Positions 39,618 through 50,184 of a DNA stretch of 64,000 bases are shown here, piece by piece. The notes under the pieces are model-generated. The model was given only the letters and a program-made list of their open reading frames with translations. It was not told the origin of the DNA and did no database searches. The position numbers and the translations under genes were made by a program. Each line of letters begins with the position of its first letter. Position 1 is the stretch's first letter. Origin of the DNA: an uncultured Bacteroides sp. (GTDB lineage: Bacteria; Bacteroidota; Bacteroidia; Bacteroidales; Bacteroidaceae); NCBI GenBank assembly GCA_947074195.1, contig CAMTOS010000004.1, positions 481 through 64,480 on the forward strand, in the 5' to 3' direction.

Positions 39618-40103
39618 ATGAAGAAGTTTTTATTAATGTTTTGCCTGCTGACAGTTTCTGTTGCGGCAAAAGCACAATTCGAAAAAGGCACATGGATTAT
39701 CAATCCGTCTTTTACAGGTTTAGGTTTTTCCCATAGCGATAATGAAAAGGTAAAGATTGGGATAAATATGGATACAGGTTGTTTTCTTGGTGATGGTTTT
39801 GCATTGATGGTACGCGGAGGAGGCGACTGGAGTAAGGCAGTCGATAAATATACAATTGGAACTGGTATGCGTATTTATTTCAATAAAACAGGTATTTATA
39901 TTGGTGGTGGTGCAGATCTTACGCGTTACCGCTATAAAGGTGGCACTCACGATACGGCATGGAAATTGAGTATGGATGCTGGTTACGCTTTTTTTATTGC
40001 TAAGAATGTAACTATCCAGCCTGCGTTTTATTATAACTGGTGTTTTAACGATAATGATTTTTCTGAATATGGTGTTAAAGTAGGCTTTGCACTCTATTTC
40101 TAA
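39618..40103 (+). CDS. Small outer-membrane beta-barrel protein
   Basis: Signal peptide, alternating beta-strands, C-terminal GVKVGFALYF ending in Phe. Confidence 0.8.
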   Translation: MKKFLLMFCLLTVSVAAKAQFEKGTWIINPSFTGLGFSHSDNEKVKIGINMDTGCFLGDGFALMVRGGGDWSKAVDKYTIGTGMRIYFNKTGIYIGGGADLTRYRYKGGTHDTAWKLSMDAGYAFFIAKNVTIQPAFYYNWCFNDNDFSEYGVKVGFALYF

Positions 40104-40123
40104 AGATATAGTTGATTAAAAAC

Positions 40124-40164
40124 TTAGCCCCGGTATCATCACTTTCTGACGATACCGGGGCTAA
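40124..40164. terminator. Hairpin between convergent OMP and uvrA genes
   Basis: TTAGCCCCGGTATC / GATACCGGGGCTAA perfect 14-bp stem. Confidence 0.85.
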
Positions 40165-40168
40165 TTGT

Positions 40169-40234
40169 TCTCAAGCCTTTGAGACTCTCGTTCCAAACCT
40201 TTGGAACTACAGTCTCATCCCTTTGGAACAGAGC
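40169..40234. repeat. Intergenic tandem array, 3 x 22 bp, with palindromic units
   Basis: tctcaagcctttgagactctcg / ttccaaacctttggaactacag / tctcatccctttggaacagagc; CCTTTG recurs at 40176, 40198 and 40220. Confidence 0.75.
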
Positions 40235-40255
40235 TGTTTATATATAGTACATTTT

Positions 40256-43033
40256 TCAGACTAACTTTTCCTGCAGGAAGTGTCCTGTATGACTGTTTTC
40301 ACAACGGGCCACTTGTTCAGGAGTTCCTGTAGCAACAAGTGTACCACCTGCATCACCACCTTCAGGACCTAAATCTATCACCCAGTCCGCACATTTAATC
40401 ATATCCATATTATGCTCGATAATCAATATAGTATGTCCGCGGCGAATGAGCGCATCAAAAGCATCAAGCAGTTTGCGTATATCGTGAAAATGCAGACCGG
40501 TTGTCGGTTCATCGAAGATAAACATCGTCGGATCGGCCTTCTCCTGACTTAAGTAATAAGCCAGCTTCACACGTTGATTCTCACCACCTGAAAGAGTAGA
40601 AGATGACTGACCGAGTTTAATATAACCTAAACCGACTTCCTGAAGAGGTAAAAGCTTCTTCACAATCTTCTTCTGATTATGTTCTGTAAAGAATTCAATG
40701 GCCTGGTTAACCGTCATTTCAAGCACATCATGAATACTTTTATCTTTAAATTTCACTTCAAGTGTATCAGATTTGAAACGTTTTCCATGACACGATTCAC
40801 ATTCAAGAACCAGATCGGCCATAAACTGCATTTCTACAGTAATCGTACCATCACCTTTACATTCTTCGCATCGGCCACCTTCGCTGTTAAAACTAAAGTG
40901 TCCTGCTGTATAGCCCATCTGTTTAGATAAAGGTTGATCAGCATATAGTTTACGAATTTCATCGTAAGCTTTAAGATAAGTTACGGGATTTGAACGTGAT
41001 GATTTACCAATAGGGTTCTGATCAACAAATTCGATATTACGAAGATTGCGGATATCACCATTAATGGCTTCAAATTCTCCGGGACGATCACTACACTCAT
41101 CGAGTTCGCGTTTTAATGCACGATAAAGAATATCTCTTACTAATGTACTCTTGCCCGATCCGGAAACACCAGTCACAACGGTCATAACATTCAGCGGAAA
41201 TTTCACATCAACTCCCTTCAGATTATTCTCTCTGGCCCCTTTAATTTCGATATAGCTATTCCATGAACGGCGATGTTCGGGTACAGGAATTACTTCTTCT
41301 CCCAATAAATAGTGAACTGTATGACTTTGACTATCTTTCTGTAAATCATTCATGTCACCTTCGTAAACCACTTCACCTCCGAGACGACCTGCTTCCGGAC
41401 CGATATCAATAATATAATCGGCAGCGCGGATAATCTCTTCGTCGTGCTCTACCACTACAACAGTATTTCCTAATTCCTGCAATTGACGCAATACTTTAAT
41501 CAGTTTGTCAGTATCACGGCTATGCAAACCGATACTTGGTTCATCAAGAATATATAAACTACCCACAAGACTACTTCCCAATGAAGTAGCCAGATTGATA
41601 CGCTGACTTTCTCCACCAGATAAAGAGTTGCTTAATCGGTTAAGGGTAAGATATCCCAAACCAACATCATTCAGGAATCTCAATCTGCTATTAATTTCGA
41701 GTAAAATACGCTTCGCAACACTGGCATCATGCTCATTCAATTCCAGACCATCAAAGAATTCCTGAAGTTTGGTAATAGGCAAATCAACCAGTTCAGATAT
41801 AGATTTACCACCAACCTTTACATATCCAGCCTCTGGTTTAAGTCGGGTGCCATTGCATTGTGGGCATAATGTTTTACCACGATAGCGTGCAAGCATCACG
41901 CGATATTGAATCTTATAAAGATTTTCTTCAATCATCTTAAAGAAGGCATTGATTCCTTCAAAATATCGCGTACCTTCCCATAGCATTCGTTTCTGTTCTT
42001 CTGTCAGCTCATAATAAGGAGTAAATATGGGTAAACCAGCTTTATCCGCATTACGTATCACCATGTTTTTCCATTCGCCCATCTTCTCACCACGCCAGCA
42101 AACTACAGCACCGTCATAAATAGAAAGTGCCCGGTTGGGAATAACCAGATGTTCATCGATACCCATTACCTTACCAAATCCCTCGCAGGTAGGGCAAGCT
42201 CCAATTGGTGAGTTAAAAGAAAACATCTGATCTGAAGGTTCTTCGAAAACGATACCGTCTGCTTCGAATTTAGTACTGAATGTATGGAGCTGCGTCGATC
42301 CATCATGAAGATAGAAACGAAGCATACAACCTCCATGTCCTTCGAACATGGCAGTTTCGGCCGAATCTACCAAACGACTAATCGCATCTTTCGAATCATC
42401 GACAGACATACGGTCAATCAACAAATAAACAATATCTCCTTCTTTATATTTATATTCATCGATACGAAGCATTTCACCATTTACTTCGATACGGCTGAAA
42501 CCTTGTTTCTGATAAATGCTTAGTTGCTCATCGAGAGTTCTCTCTTCGCGGGGAATAATTGGTGTGATTACAGTATAGCGTGTTCCTTTCGGATATGAAA
42601 GCATACAATTTACAATATCTTCTGTAGAATGTTTTCTTACCTCTTCGCCACTTACCGGACTAAAAGTTTTTCCGATACGGGCATAAAGCAAGCGCAGATA
42701 TTCATAAATCTCAGTCGACGTACCTACAGTAGAACGTGGATTGCGGCTGTTTACTTTTTGCTCAATGGCAATAGCCGGTGGAATTCCTTTAATGAAATCA
42801 CAATCAGGTTTATTCATTCTGCCCAAAAACTGACGGGCATAACTACTTAAGCTTTCTACATAGCGACGTTGACCTTCAGCATAAAGAGTATCAAAAGCAA
42901 GGGATGATTTTCCAGAACCCGAAAGCCCCGTAATTACAACTAATTTATTGCGGGGTATATTTACATCTATATCTTTCAGATTGTTTACTTTAGCACCTTT
43001 AATGGTTATATTTTTGTTTTCTGACATAGACAA
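40256..43033 (-). CDS. uvrA: Excinuclease ABC subunit A
   Basis: Two ABC modules ([15 protein letters not shown]; [10 protein letters not shown]), LSGGESQRI / LSGGENQRV, Zn fingers CPTCEG, CEECKG. Confidence 0.97.
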   Translation of the reverse strand: MSMSENKNITIKGAKVNNLKDIDVNIPRNKLVVITGLSGSGKSSLAFDTLYAEGQRRYVESLSSYARQFLGRMNKPDCDFIKGIPPAIAIEQKVNSRNPRSTVGTSTEIYEYLRLLYARIGKTFSPVSGEEVRKHSTEDIVNCMLSYPKGTRYTVITPIIPREERTLDEQLSIYQKQGFSRIEVNGEMLRIDEYKYKEGDIVYLLIDRMSVDDSKDAISRLVDSAETAMFEGHGGCMLRFYLHDGSTQLHTFSTKFEADGIVFEEPSDQMFSFNSPIGACPTCEGFGKVMGIDEHLVIPNRALSIYDGAVVCWRGEKMGEWKNMVIRNADKAGLPIFTPYYELTEEQKRMLWEGTRYFEGINAFFKMIEENLYKIQYRVMLARYRGKTLCPQCNGTRLKPEAGYVKVGGKSISELVDLPITKLQEFFDGLELNEHDASVAKRILLEINSRLRFLNDVGLGYLTLNRLSNSLSGGESQRINLATSLGSSLVGSLYILDEPSIGLHSRDTDKLIKVLRQLQELGNTVVVVEHDEEIIRAADYIIDIGPEAGRLGGEVVYEGDMNDLQKDSQSHTVHYLLGEEVIPVPEHRRSWNSYIEIKGARENNLKGVDVKFPLNVMTVVTGVSGSGKSTLVRDILYRALKRELDECSDRPGEFEAINGDIRNLRNIEFVDQNPIGKSSRSNPVTYLKAYDEIRKLYADQPLSKQMGYTAGHFSFNSEGGRCEECKGDGTITVEMQFMADLVLECESCHGKRFKSDTLEVKFKDKSIHDVLEMTVNQAIEFFTEHNQKKIVKKLLPLQEVGLGYIKLGQSSSTLSGGENQRVKLAYYLSQEKADPTMFIFDEPTTGLHFHDIRKLLDAFDALIRRGHTILIIEHNMDMIKCADWVIDLGPEGGDAGGTLVATGTPEQVARCENSHTGHFLQEKLV

Positions 43034-43267
43034 TATAATTGTTATTTCAAATTTGTTTAATATACAAAGTTACTCATTTTCATAGTGCAAAAGATATGCC
43101 ATGCCCAAGAATGATTTTAAGAATTGTTATTTTACTTCATATTTTCTTTTTTCTTAAAGTTTTCTTTCATTTATAAGACGTATATGCTTTTAATCGGGCA
43201 AAATAGTAGATATATGAAGCCGGACTTTACTGCAATATGCTATCTTTGCCGCCGGAAAAACATTTAA

Positions 43268-44782
43268 TTGATTATGAAACTGAAATTATCTTTTATACTA
43301 CTTTTACTTCTCTCACTTAATTTATCTTTGTTAGCAAAATCGCATAAACCTGAGCATCCGAAGCGTGAATTTCGTGCTGCATGGATTCAGGCAGTAAACG
43401 GACAATTCCAGGGTATGGGAACCGAGAAGATGAAAAGCACACTCATTTCACAATTAAATGCATTGCAGGCTTCAGGTATTAATGCCATTATTTTTCAGAT
43501 TCGCCCCGAAGCAGATGCTTTTTATCCTTCTTCTCTGGAACCATGGAGCCGGTTTCTGACCGGACAGCAGGGATTAGCGCCAAATCCCATGTGGGATCCC
43601 CTGCAATTTATGATTGATGAATGCCATAAAAGAAATATGGAATTTCATGCCTGGATTAATCCTTATCGCGCATTGACTAATCTGAAAAACGGTCTCGTAT
43701 CTAATCATATGTATTTTAAACATCCTGAATATTTTGTGAAGTATGGTAATCAGCTTTACTTCAACCCGGCATTACCTGAAAACCGCGATTATATCTGTAA
43801 AGTTGTAACCGATATTCTTAATAGATATGATGTTGATGCAATTCATATGGATGATTATTTCTATCCTTATCCTGTGAATGGAGTCGATTATCCTGACGAA
43901 GATAGCTTTTTTGCTTATGGCAGAGGGTTTAAAGATAAAGGTGATTGGCGCAGAAATAATGTAAACCTGTTGATCAAACAACTTCAGCGAACTATACGTG
44001 AAACTAAGCCATGGGTGAAGTTTGGTATTAGTCCGTTTGGTATTTATCGTAACATATCGAGCGATCCGAACGGAAGTCAGACCAATGGTTTACAGAATTA
44101 CGATCAACTGTATGCTGATGTATTGCTATGGATGCGTGAAGGCTGGATTGACTATGTCATTCCGCAGATTTACTGGCATGTAGGTCATCCACGTGCCGAT
44201 TATGCAACGCTTGTAAAATGGTGGGCCGAAAACACTGGAGATTGTCCGTTATATATCGGTGAATCGGTAATGAATACAGTAGAAAATGCCGATCCGTCAA
44301 ATCCATCCAAACATCAGCTCGATTTAAAAATGAGTCTGCTAAGATCTTATCCTTCTATTAGTGGTACATGTCAGTGGCCCGCAAGTTCTGTTGTTGAAAA
44401 TGCAGGTGGCTACAGCGATATACTTAAACAGAATTATCACAGATATCCAGCATTGATACCGGTAATTACTGCTATTGACAGTAAAAGCCCTGATAAAGTG
44501 AAGAAGCTTAAACCAGTTTGGACAAAAGATGGTTATCTTCTGTTCTGGACAGCCCCGAAAGCAAAAAAGGAGATGGATAAAACCGTTCAGTATGTGGTGT
44601 ATCGCTTTGAGAAAGGTGAAAAGATTAATCTCGAAGATCCTTCTAAGATAGCTGCAATAACCAGAGATCCATTTTATAAACTACCTTATAATAATGGTAA
44701 GAAAACTTATTATTATGTAGTAACCGGTCTTGACCGACTGCATAATGAATCTAAAGCGGTAAAGTGTAAAGTTAAACTTTAG
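43268..44782 (+). CDS. Second GHL10/DUF187 (YngK/DigH-like) glycoside hydrolase
   Basis: REFRAAWI, INAIIFQIR, WDPLQFMIDECHKRNMEFHAWINPYR, DAIHMDDYFYPY, KFGISPFG, YVIPQIYW. Confidence 0.92.
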   Translation: MIMKLKLSFILLLLLSLNLSLLAKSHKPEHPKREFRAAWIQAVNGQFQGMGTEKMKSTLISQLNALQASGINAIIFQIRPEADAFYPSSLEPWSRFLTGQQGLAPNPMWDPLQFMIDECHKRNMEFHAWINPYRALTNLKNGLVSNHMYFKHPEYFVKYGNQLYFNPALPENRDYICKVVTDILNRYDVDAIHMDDYFYPYPVNGVDYPDEDSFFAYGRGFKDKGDWRRNNVNLLIKQLQRTIRETKPWVKFGISPFGIYRNISSDPNGSQTNGLQNYDQLYADVLLWMREGWIDYVIPQIYWHVGHPRADYATLVKWWAENTGDCPLYIGESVMNTVENADPSNPSKHQLDLKMSLLRSYPSISGTCQWPASSVVENAGGYSDILKQNYHRYPALIPVITAIDSKSPDKVKKLKPVWTKDGYLLFWTAPKAKKEMDKTVQYVVYRFEKGEKINLEDPSKIAAITRDPFYKLPYNNGKKTYYYVVTGLDRLHNESKAVKCKVKL

Positions 44783-44785
44783 ACT

Positions 44786-45337
44786 TTACCAGTAAAATAT
44801 CAATCCGGCAATTCCGCAGCCGACAATCATTAATATTGGATTGACTTTGAATTTACGTGTACCAATAAAGGCTACAAGAAAGATAATACAGCTTACTATA
44901 AAAGAATAGGTATCTTCTGTAGGAGAACCGAAGTTATCTTTTGTCATCAGTACAAGAGCGGCGGAGGCCAAAAGACCTACCACTGCCGGACGTAACCCTT
45001 TGAAAACAGCTTCAACAAGCGGATGTTTCTGATAGGCCAGAAAGAAACGGCTGATCAGAAGCATCAATACAAAGGAAGGGAGGATAACAGCAAAGGTTGC
45101 TATAATTGAACCAAACACACTACCGGTTGTAATGTAACCTACATAGGTCGCACAATTAATACCAATGGGACCGGGTGTCATCTGACTAATCGCTACTATA
45201 TCAGTAAATTCCTGGGCAGTAAGCCAACCATAACGGGTAACTACTTCGCCCTGAATCATGGAAAGCATCGCATAACCGCCACCAAATCCGAAGAGACCAA
45301 TCTGGAAAAAAGTATAGAATAGTTGTAGAAATATCAT
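44786..45337 (-). CDS. Chromate transporter (short-chain CHR) subunit
   Basis: GLFGFGGGYAM, ISQMTPGP, GLRPAVVGL. Confidence 0.92.
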   Translation of the reverse strand: MIFLQLFYTFFQIGLFGFGGGYAMLSMIQGEVVTRYGWLTAQEFTDIVAISQMTPGPIGINCATYVGYITTGSVFGSIIATFAVILPSFVLMLLISRFFLAYQKHPLVEAVFKGLRPAVVGLLASAALVLMTKDNFGSPTEDTYSFIVSCIIFLVAFIGTRKFKVNPILMIVGCGIAGLIFYW

Positions 45338-45351
45338 AAGTCAGGTAATCT

Positions 45352-45915
45352 TTATTTGGTTGGAGGTAAATTATTCTTCTTTTTAGGACCCCATTTGCCC
45401 CAGACAAAACCGCCGATTCCGGCAGCAGCAATAATCCAAATAGGAGAAAATCCAAGCAACCATATTAATATGGCCGAAACAATCGGAATCCAGATATTAA
45501 ACCGGTTGATTTTTGCTGCTTTTGCCATGGTAAAAGTGGGTGCGGCAATCAATGCCACCACGGCAGGACGAATACCTTTAAAGATATTTTCAACAATCAC
45601 ATTGTCTTTATAATTGCTAAAAAACAAGGCAATAGTAAGTATAATGATAAAAGAGGGGAGGATAGTGCCCAATGCAGTGATCATACTACCTAATACTCCA
45701 CGAAGTTTATAACCGATAAAAATGGAGATATTTACAGCAAATATACCAGGAGCAGATTGAGATATTGCCATCAGATCCATAAAATCATCCTGCGATATCC
45801 ATTGTCGTTTAGTCACTATTTCATTTTCTATTAATGGTACCATCGCATAGCCACCACCAATTGTAAAAGCACCAATTTTAAAGAAGATGCCAAAAGATTC
45901 CAGATAGATATTCAT
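45352..45915 (-). CDS. Chromate transporter (short-chain CHR) subunit
   Basis: GAFTIGGGYAM, ISQSAPG, GIRPAVVAL. Confidence 0.92.
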   Translation of the reverse strand: MNIYLESFGIFFKIGAFTIGGGYAMVPLIENEIVTKRQWISQDDFMDLMAISQSAPGIFAVNISIFIGYKLRGVLGSMITALGTILPSFIIILTIALFFSNYKDNVIVENIFKGIRPAVVALIAAPTFTMAKAAKINRFNIWIPIVSAILIWLLGFSPIWIIAAAGIGGFVWGKWGPKKKNNLPPTK

Positions 45916-45917
45916 AT

Positions 45918-48900
45918 TTACTCATCGTTGTCTCCAGCTTTAGCATATTTACTGGGACTTACATTAAAATGTTTTTTGAAGACCTCACGGAAATACTTCG
46001 CATCATTGTATCCCGTCATATCGGCCACTTCAATTACTGAATATTTGCCCGTTTTTAAGAGTTCAGCAGCACGATTCAGTCTGATGGCGCGAATATAATC
46101 AGCCGGTGCCTGATTGGTTAGTGCTTTAATCTTGTTGTAAAAACTGGTTCTGCTCATGTTCAGCAAATTGCAGAGCGAATCTACATTAAATTCTTGATTA
46201 TCGAGGTTATCTTCAACCTTTTTCTTTACTGTATTAATAAAATTCCAGTCCAGATCGGATGAAAAATCAATATTATCTTCTTTTGAAGCCACAATTTCTA
46301 AGTTGGCGTATTTTTGTCTTAACAGCGAACGGTTAACCAGTAAATTCAGAATTGTAGCTTTTAATATGGCAATATTAAAGGGTTTCGAGATATATTCATC
46401 TGCACCGGTATCAAGTCCTTTCAATATACTTTTCTCATCATTCAGTGCAGTAAGAAGAATCAGAGGAATATGTGATGTCTCAATATCTTTCTTAATGATA
46501 CGACAGAATTCATCGCCACGCATTTCGGGCATCATGATATCTGAAACAATAAGATCAGGATTATAGGCTTTCACGATTGCAAGTGCTTCTTTGCCATTTT
46601 GTGCTGTCTGTATGATATATGATTCCGATAATGTATGTTTCAGATATTGCCGCAAATCATTATTGTCTTCAACAATTAAAAGACGCTGCTTTTGACTGGA
46701 AACATTTTGCTGTACATTTCCATAACTTGGTGCACTCATATCTTCGTATGGTTCCAGTACGTTAAGGAATCCGCCTTTATTAGAGACTGCCTTACTTGCC
46801 TTTCTCAGCTGTTTGCTTTCTTTCGGGAAAGTAATGGTAATAGTTGAGCCTTTATGTTCTTTACTTTTAAAATTAATCTTACCATCATGAAGTTTAACCA
46901 GCTTCCAGACAAGCATCAATCCGATACCACTACCTACAACTTTTGAATTAATGGCATTACTTCCCCTGAAATGAATTTTGAATAAATTACGTTGTTCAGA
47001 AGATGGGATACCAATACCAGTATCTTTTACCTCGACAACCCACGAAGAAGAAGTTTCATCAACTTTGACTAAAACGCTTCCATTTTCGGGAGTATATTTG
47101 AGCGCATTTGATATGATGTTTTTAAGAATGGAATCCATCTTATCTTTATCAAACCATACATTCAAATGTTTGAAATTTGTTTCAAGAGTGAAGTTGATAT
47201 GCTTAACTTGTGCATATGACTGGAATGTAGAGAATACATCATTCAGATAATGATTGAGTTCATGCTCTGAAATATATAATTCAGGTGAATATACATCAGC
47301 CCGTTCAAAGTTTATAAGATTTGTTGTCAGACGCAACAATGCATTTACATTTCGGATAGCGATGTTCATATTAACCACGCCGTTTTGAGACAGAGTTTCC
47401 TGATCTCTCATTTCCTCAAGCGGAGCTTTAATCAAAGAAAGCGGCGTACGAATGTCATGAGCAGAATTGATAAAGAATTGAATTTTTTCTTCAGATTCAA
47501 GTCTTTTTCTTTTCGAGATAAAAAATCTGATAATGAAAAGTGTAATAATTAATGCAATAATCACATACAAACAAATAGCCCATAGTGAAAGCCATAATGG
47601 TTGTTTAACCGAGATGTTGATAGATCTTTCTTCTAATATATTTTCATTATTTTCCTTTGATATTGCTCTGATTCTCAATTTATATTTACCTGGTGGTAAA
47701 CTTGTATATCTTATAAAATTATCTCTTCCGGGGTTCGTCCATCTATCAATAAGACCTTCCATTTTCCATGAGTACAAGACATCCGACTGATAATCATAAT
47801 TGATCGAGGATACATTTAAAGAAAAGATATTTTGTTTGTTCTCAAGAACAAGGTCGGTAGTATTGTTGATATTTGTAGTTAGAGGAGATTCAGGATCGCC
47901 GGGCTCCACAAGTTCATAGTTTATTCTGAATTTACTTAATACAATTTTGTTCTTATAGGAGGGGGTATAAGATTTACTTAATTTAAAGTTTATAGCTCCA
48001 TTATTAGTACCCAAAATAAAACTATTATTACTTTTTAAATATGCACCCGATAGTGCATTAAAATGTGAAGATACTAATCCCTGATCTTTTGTCCAGTTTC
48101 TTATTCTATCTTCATTAAGATACAATCTTGTTATACCATTCTCTGTACCAATAATTAAATTATCTTCATTTTTATCGGCAAGAAGAGTGTGAATATTGTT
48201 TGAAATCAGCGAACTATTATTACTGTGATAATGTTTGAAAAGATTATTTTCCGGATCATAATAAAGTAAGCCGGAATTGCTGGTTCCGATGTATAAATGT
48301 CCCTTTTTATCCTGATATAATGTATAAATAAGTGTAGAGCTCATCGGAAGATGAATTTGCGTAAATGTTTTGTTATCTTTGTCTAAAAGATACAAGCCAT
48401 TACGGGTTCCTACCCATAATTCTTCATTATTGCGTTCTATAATACAGGTTATACTTTTTATATCATATAATTCAACTTCCTGGCTTCCTTTCTTTATTCG
48501 TTTGAAATTTGCAAAACCGCCAATCCATACATCATCACGTGAATCTTTGTAAATACATCGGATATATTTATCAGGTTTAATTATAGCATTATACAAATTA
48601 TCAAAGGAAATAACTTTAGTTTTAAAACTATTCTTATCTATTGCGTAAATATCAGAATTATAGCCGCCTCCCCAAATAACACCGGGACTGACTTCACAAA
48701 CTGTCAGGAATATATGATTATAAATCATATTTTTATTATCATCAATGCTAAAGAAATTATGCCATTTGTTTGTTTTTGTTTCATGCAAACTAATACCATT
48801 TCCGGTAGCATACCAGACATCTCCATCAGAATCTTCGAAAACACCATTTACCTGATCATTAATTATTGATTCAGAATTACCTATAGAATGCTTAATCATT

Positions 48901-49910
48901 TTAAATTCGGGAAATCTGTAATTAAGCATTGTTATACCTACGGGAAATACCGCCATCCATAACCTTCTTTCTTCATCTACATAGACATCATTAATGGCGT
49001 TACCGTTCATTCTGTTATATTCATTATAATCTGCCATAATATATGGTACAATATTATAATCATTTGTATTTATTTTAAAAATCCCCTCACCATCTGTTGC
49101 AAAAAGGATTTCATGATCATTTAAAGGTCTTATAGCATTGATAGAAACATTAGTGAGGTATTGCTTAAAAGGTTTATCATCATTATAATTCTCTGTATCA
49201 TAAACTAAAATACCTTTTCTGGCGGTTCCAATAAACAGTTTGTTGATTTTAGGATCATAATATAAATCTTTAACCACTATGTTTTTCTCGGCCATATTGG
49301 TATGTATATTCGATTTTAATTTATTGTTTTTTATTTCAGCATAATGTATTCCATCGTCTGTGCCCACGATATAATAATTATTTTCAGATTGAAGTACTTT
49401 GGTAATATTAGAAGAAATATCACTTTCTATTTCAGATATTTTTTTGTTTGCAATATCCCATTTATATATTATCTGATTTCCAAAAAGCCATATAATATTA
49501 TCTTTATCAATAAAGCTATAGGTGATTTCGGGGCGGGGATTGCCCTCTTTTGTTGAAAAACGATGAACAAGGTTAAAATTATCTCTTACAGTATCATATT
49601 CGAAAATAGTTCCTATGCGGTTTATCATCCATGCATTGCCATTTGCATCAATACATAGCCAGTTAACATTAAACATGGAATTGATAACTTCAAAGCCATC
49701 CTGAAGTTTATAATTGACGAATTCACTACCATTATAGCGGTCTATGCCATCACGGGTAAGAAACCACATATATCCGTTTTTATCTTTCTTGATACTATAG
49801 ACACGCCTGTTGCTCAGACCTTCTTCGACTCCGATATATTTATATATTTGAGCTAAACAATTAACGCAAGTATAGGATAATAAAAGGATAAAAAGTAATA
49901 TTTTTTTCAT
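45918..49910 (-). CDS. Hybrid two-component system (beta-propeller / Y_Y_Y sensor, His kinase, receiver, AraC HTH)
   Basis: Reg_prop repeats, YTSLPPGKYKL, TM, HDIRTPL, GSGIGL, VSDIMMP, C-terminal AraC helix (YFREVFKKHF). Confidence 0.95.
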   Translation of the reverse strand: MKKILLFILLLSYTCVNCLAQIYKYIGVEEGLSNRRVYSIKKDKNGYMWFLTRDGIDRYNGSEFVNYKLQDGFEVINSMFNVNWLCIDANGNAWMINRIGTIFEYDTVRDNFNLVHRFSTKEGNPRPEITYSFIDKDNIIWLFGNQIIYKWDIANKKISEIESDISSNITKVLQSENNYYIVGTDDGIHYAEIKNNKLKSNIHTNMAEKNIVVKDLYYDPKINKLFIGTARKGILVYDTENYNDDKPFKQYLTNVSINAIRPLNDHEILFATDGEGIFKINTNDYNIVPYIMADYNEYNRMNGNAINDVYVDEERRLWMAVFPVGITMLNYRFPEFKMIKHSIGNSESIINDQVNGVFEDSDGDVWYATGNGISLHETKTNKWHNFFSIDDNKNMIYNHIFLTVCEVSPGVIWGGGYNSDIYAIDKNSFKTKVISFDNLYNAIIKPDKYIRCIYKDSRDDVWIGGFANFKRIKKGSQEVELYDIKSITCIIERNNEELWVGTRNGLYLLDKDNKTFTQIHLPMSSTLIYTLYQDKKGHLYIGTSNSGLLYYDPENNLFKHYHSNNSSLISNNIHTLLADKNEDNLIIGTENGITRLYLNEDRIRNWTKDQGLVSSHFNALSGAYLKSNNSFILGTNNGAINFKLSKSYTPSYKNKIVLSKFRINYELVEPGDPESPLTTNINNTTDLVLENKQNIFSLNVSSINYDYQSDVLYSWKMEGLIDRWTNPGRDNFIRYTSLPPGKYKLRIRAISKENNENILEERSINISVKQPLWLSLWAICLYVIIALIITLFIIRFFISKRKRLESEEKIQFFINSAHDIRTPLSLIKAPLEEMRDQETLSQNGVVNMNIAIRNVNALLRLTTNLINFERADVYSPELYISEHELNHYLNDVFSTFQSYAQVKHINFTLETNFKHLNVWFDKDKMDSILKNIISNALKYTPENGSVLVKVDETSSSWVVEVKDTGIGIPSSEQRNLFKIHFRGSNAINSKVVGSGIGLMLVWKLVKLHDGKINFKSKEHKGSTITITFPKESKQLRKASKAVSNKGGFLNVLEPYEDMSAPSYGNVQQNVSSQKQRLLIVEDNNDLRQYLKHTLSESYIIQTAQNGKEALAIVKAYNPDLIVSDIMMPEMRGDEFCRIIKKDIETSHIPLILLTALNDEKSILKGLDTGADEYISKPFNIAILKATILNLLVNRSLLRQKYANLEIVASKEDNIDFSSDLDWNFINTVKKKVEDNLDNQEFNVDSLCNLLNMSRTSFYNKIKALTNQAPADYIRAIRLNRAAELLKTGKYSVIEVADMTGYNDAKYFREVFKKHFNVSPSKYAKAGDNDE

Positions 49911-50117
49911 GTCTCTGCTAAATTTATGATAGCCTACTAATGAAAGATACTTGCAGACAAATTTATAGATTAATTTTTATTTCATATTATTTTTTTAATA
50001 ATAAATTTATGAATTTATGACTGCTGAGTATAAAATGATGTTTTATTTTAATATTTCCATATATACTTGTTTAATACGGTCTTATCTTGCAAATTGTGTA
50101 TGATAATGATTTTGTAT

Positions 50118-50158
50118 AAAAAAATAAGCGGACGAATAATTAGATTTATTCGTCCGCT
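50118..50158 (-). terminator. Terminator of purL
   Basis: AGCGGACGAATAA / TTATTCGTCCGCT 13-bp stem with an upstream A tract on the + strand. Confidence 0.85.
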
Positions 50159-50184
50159 GTTTATTAATTTATCAATTATAAATT

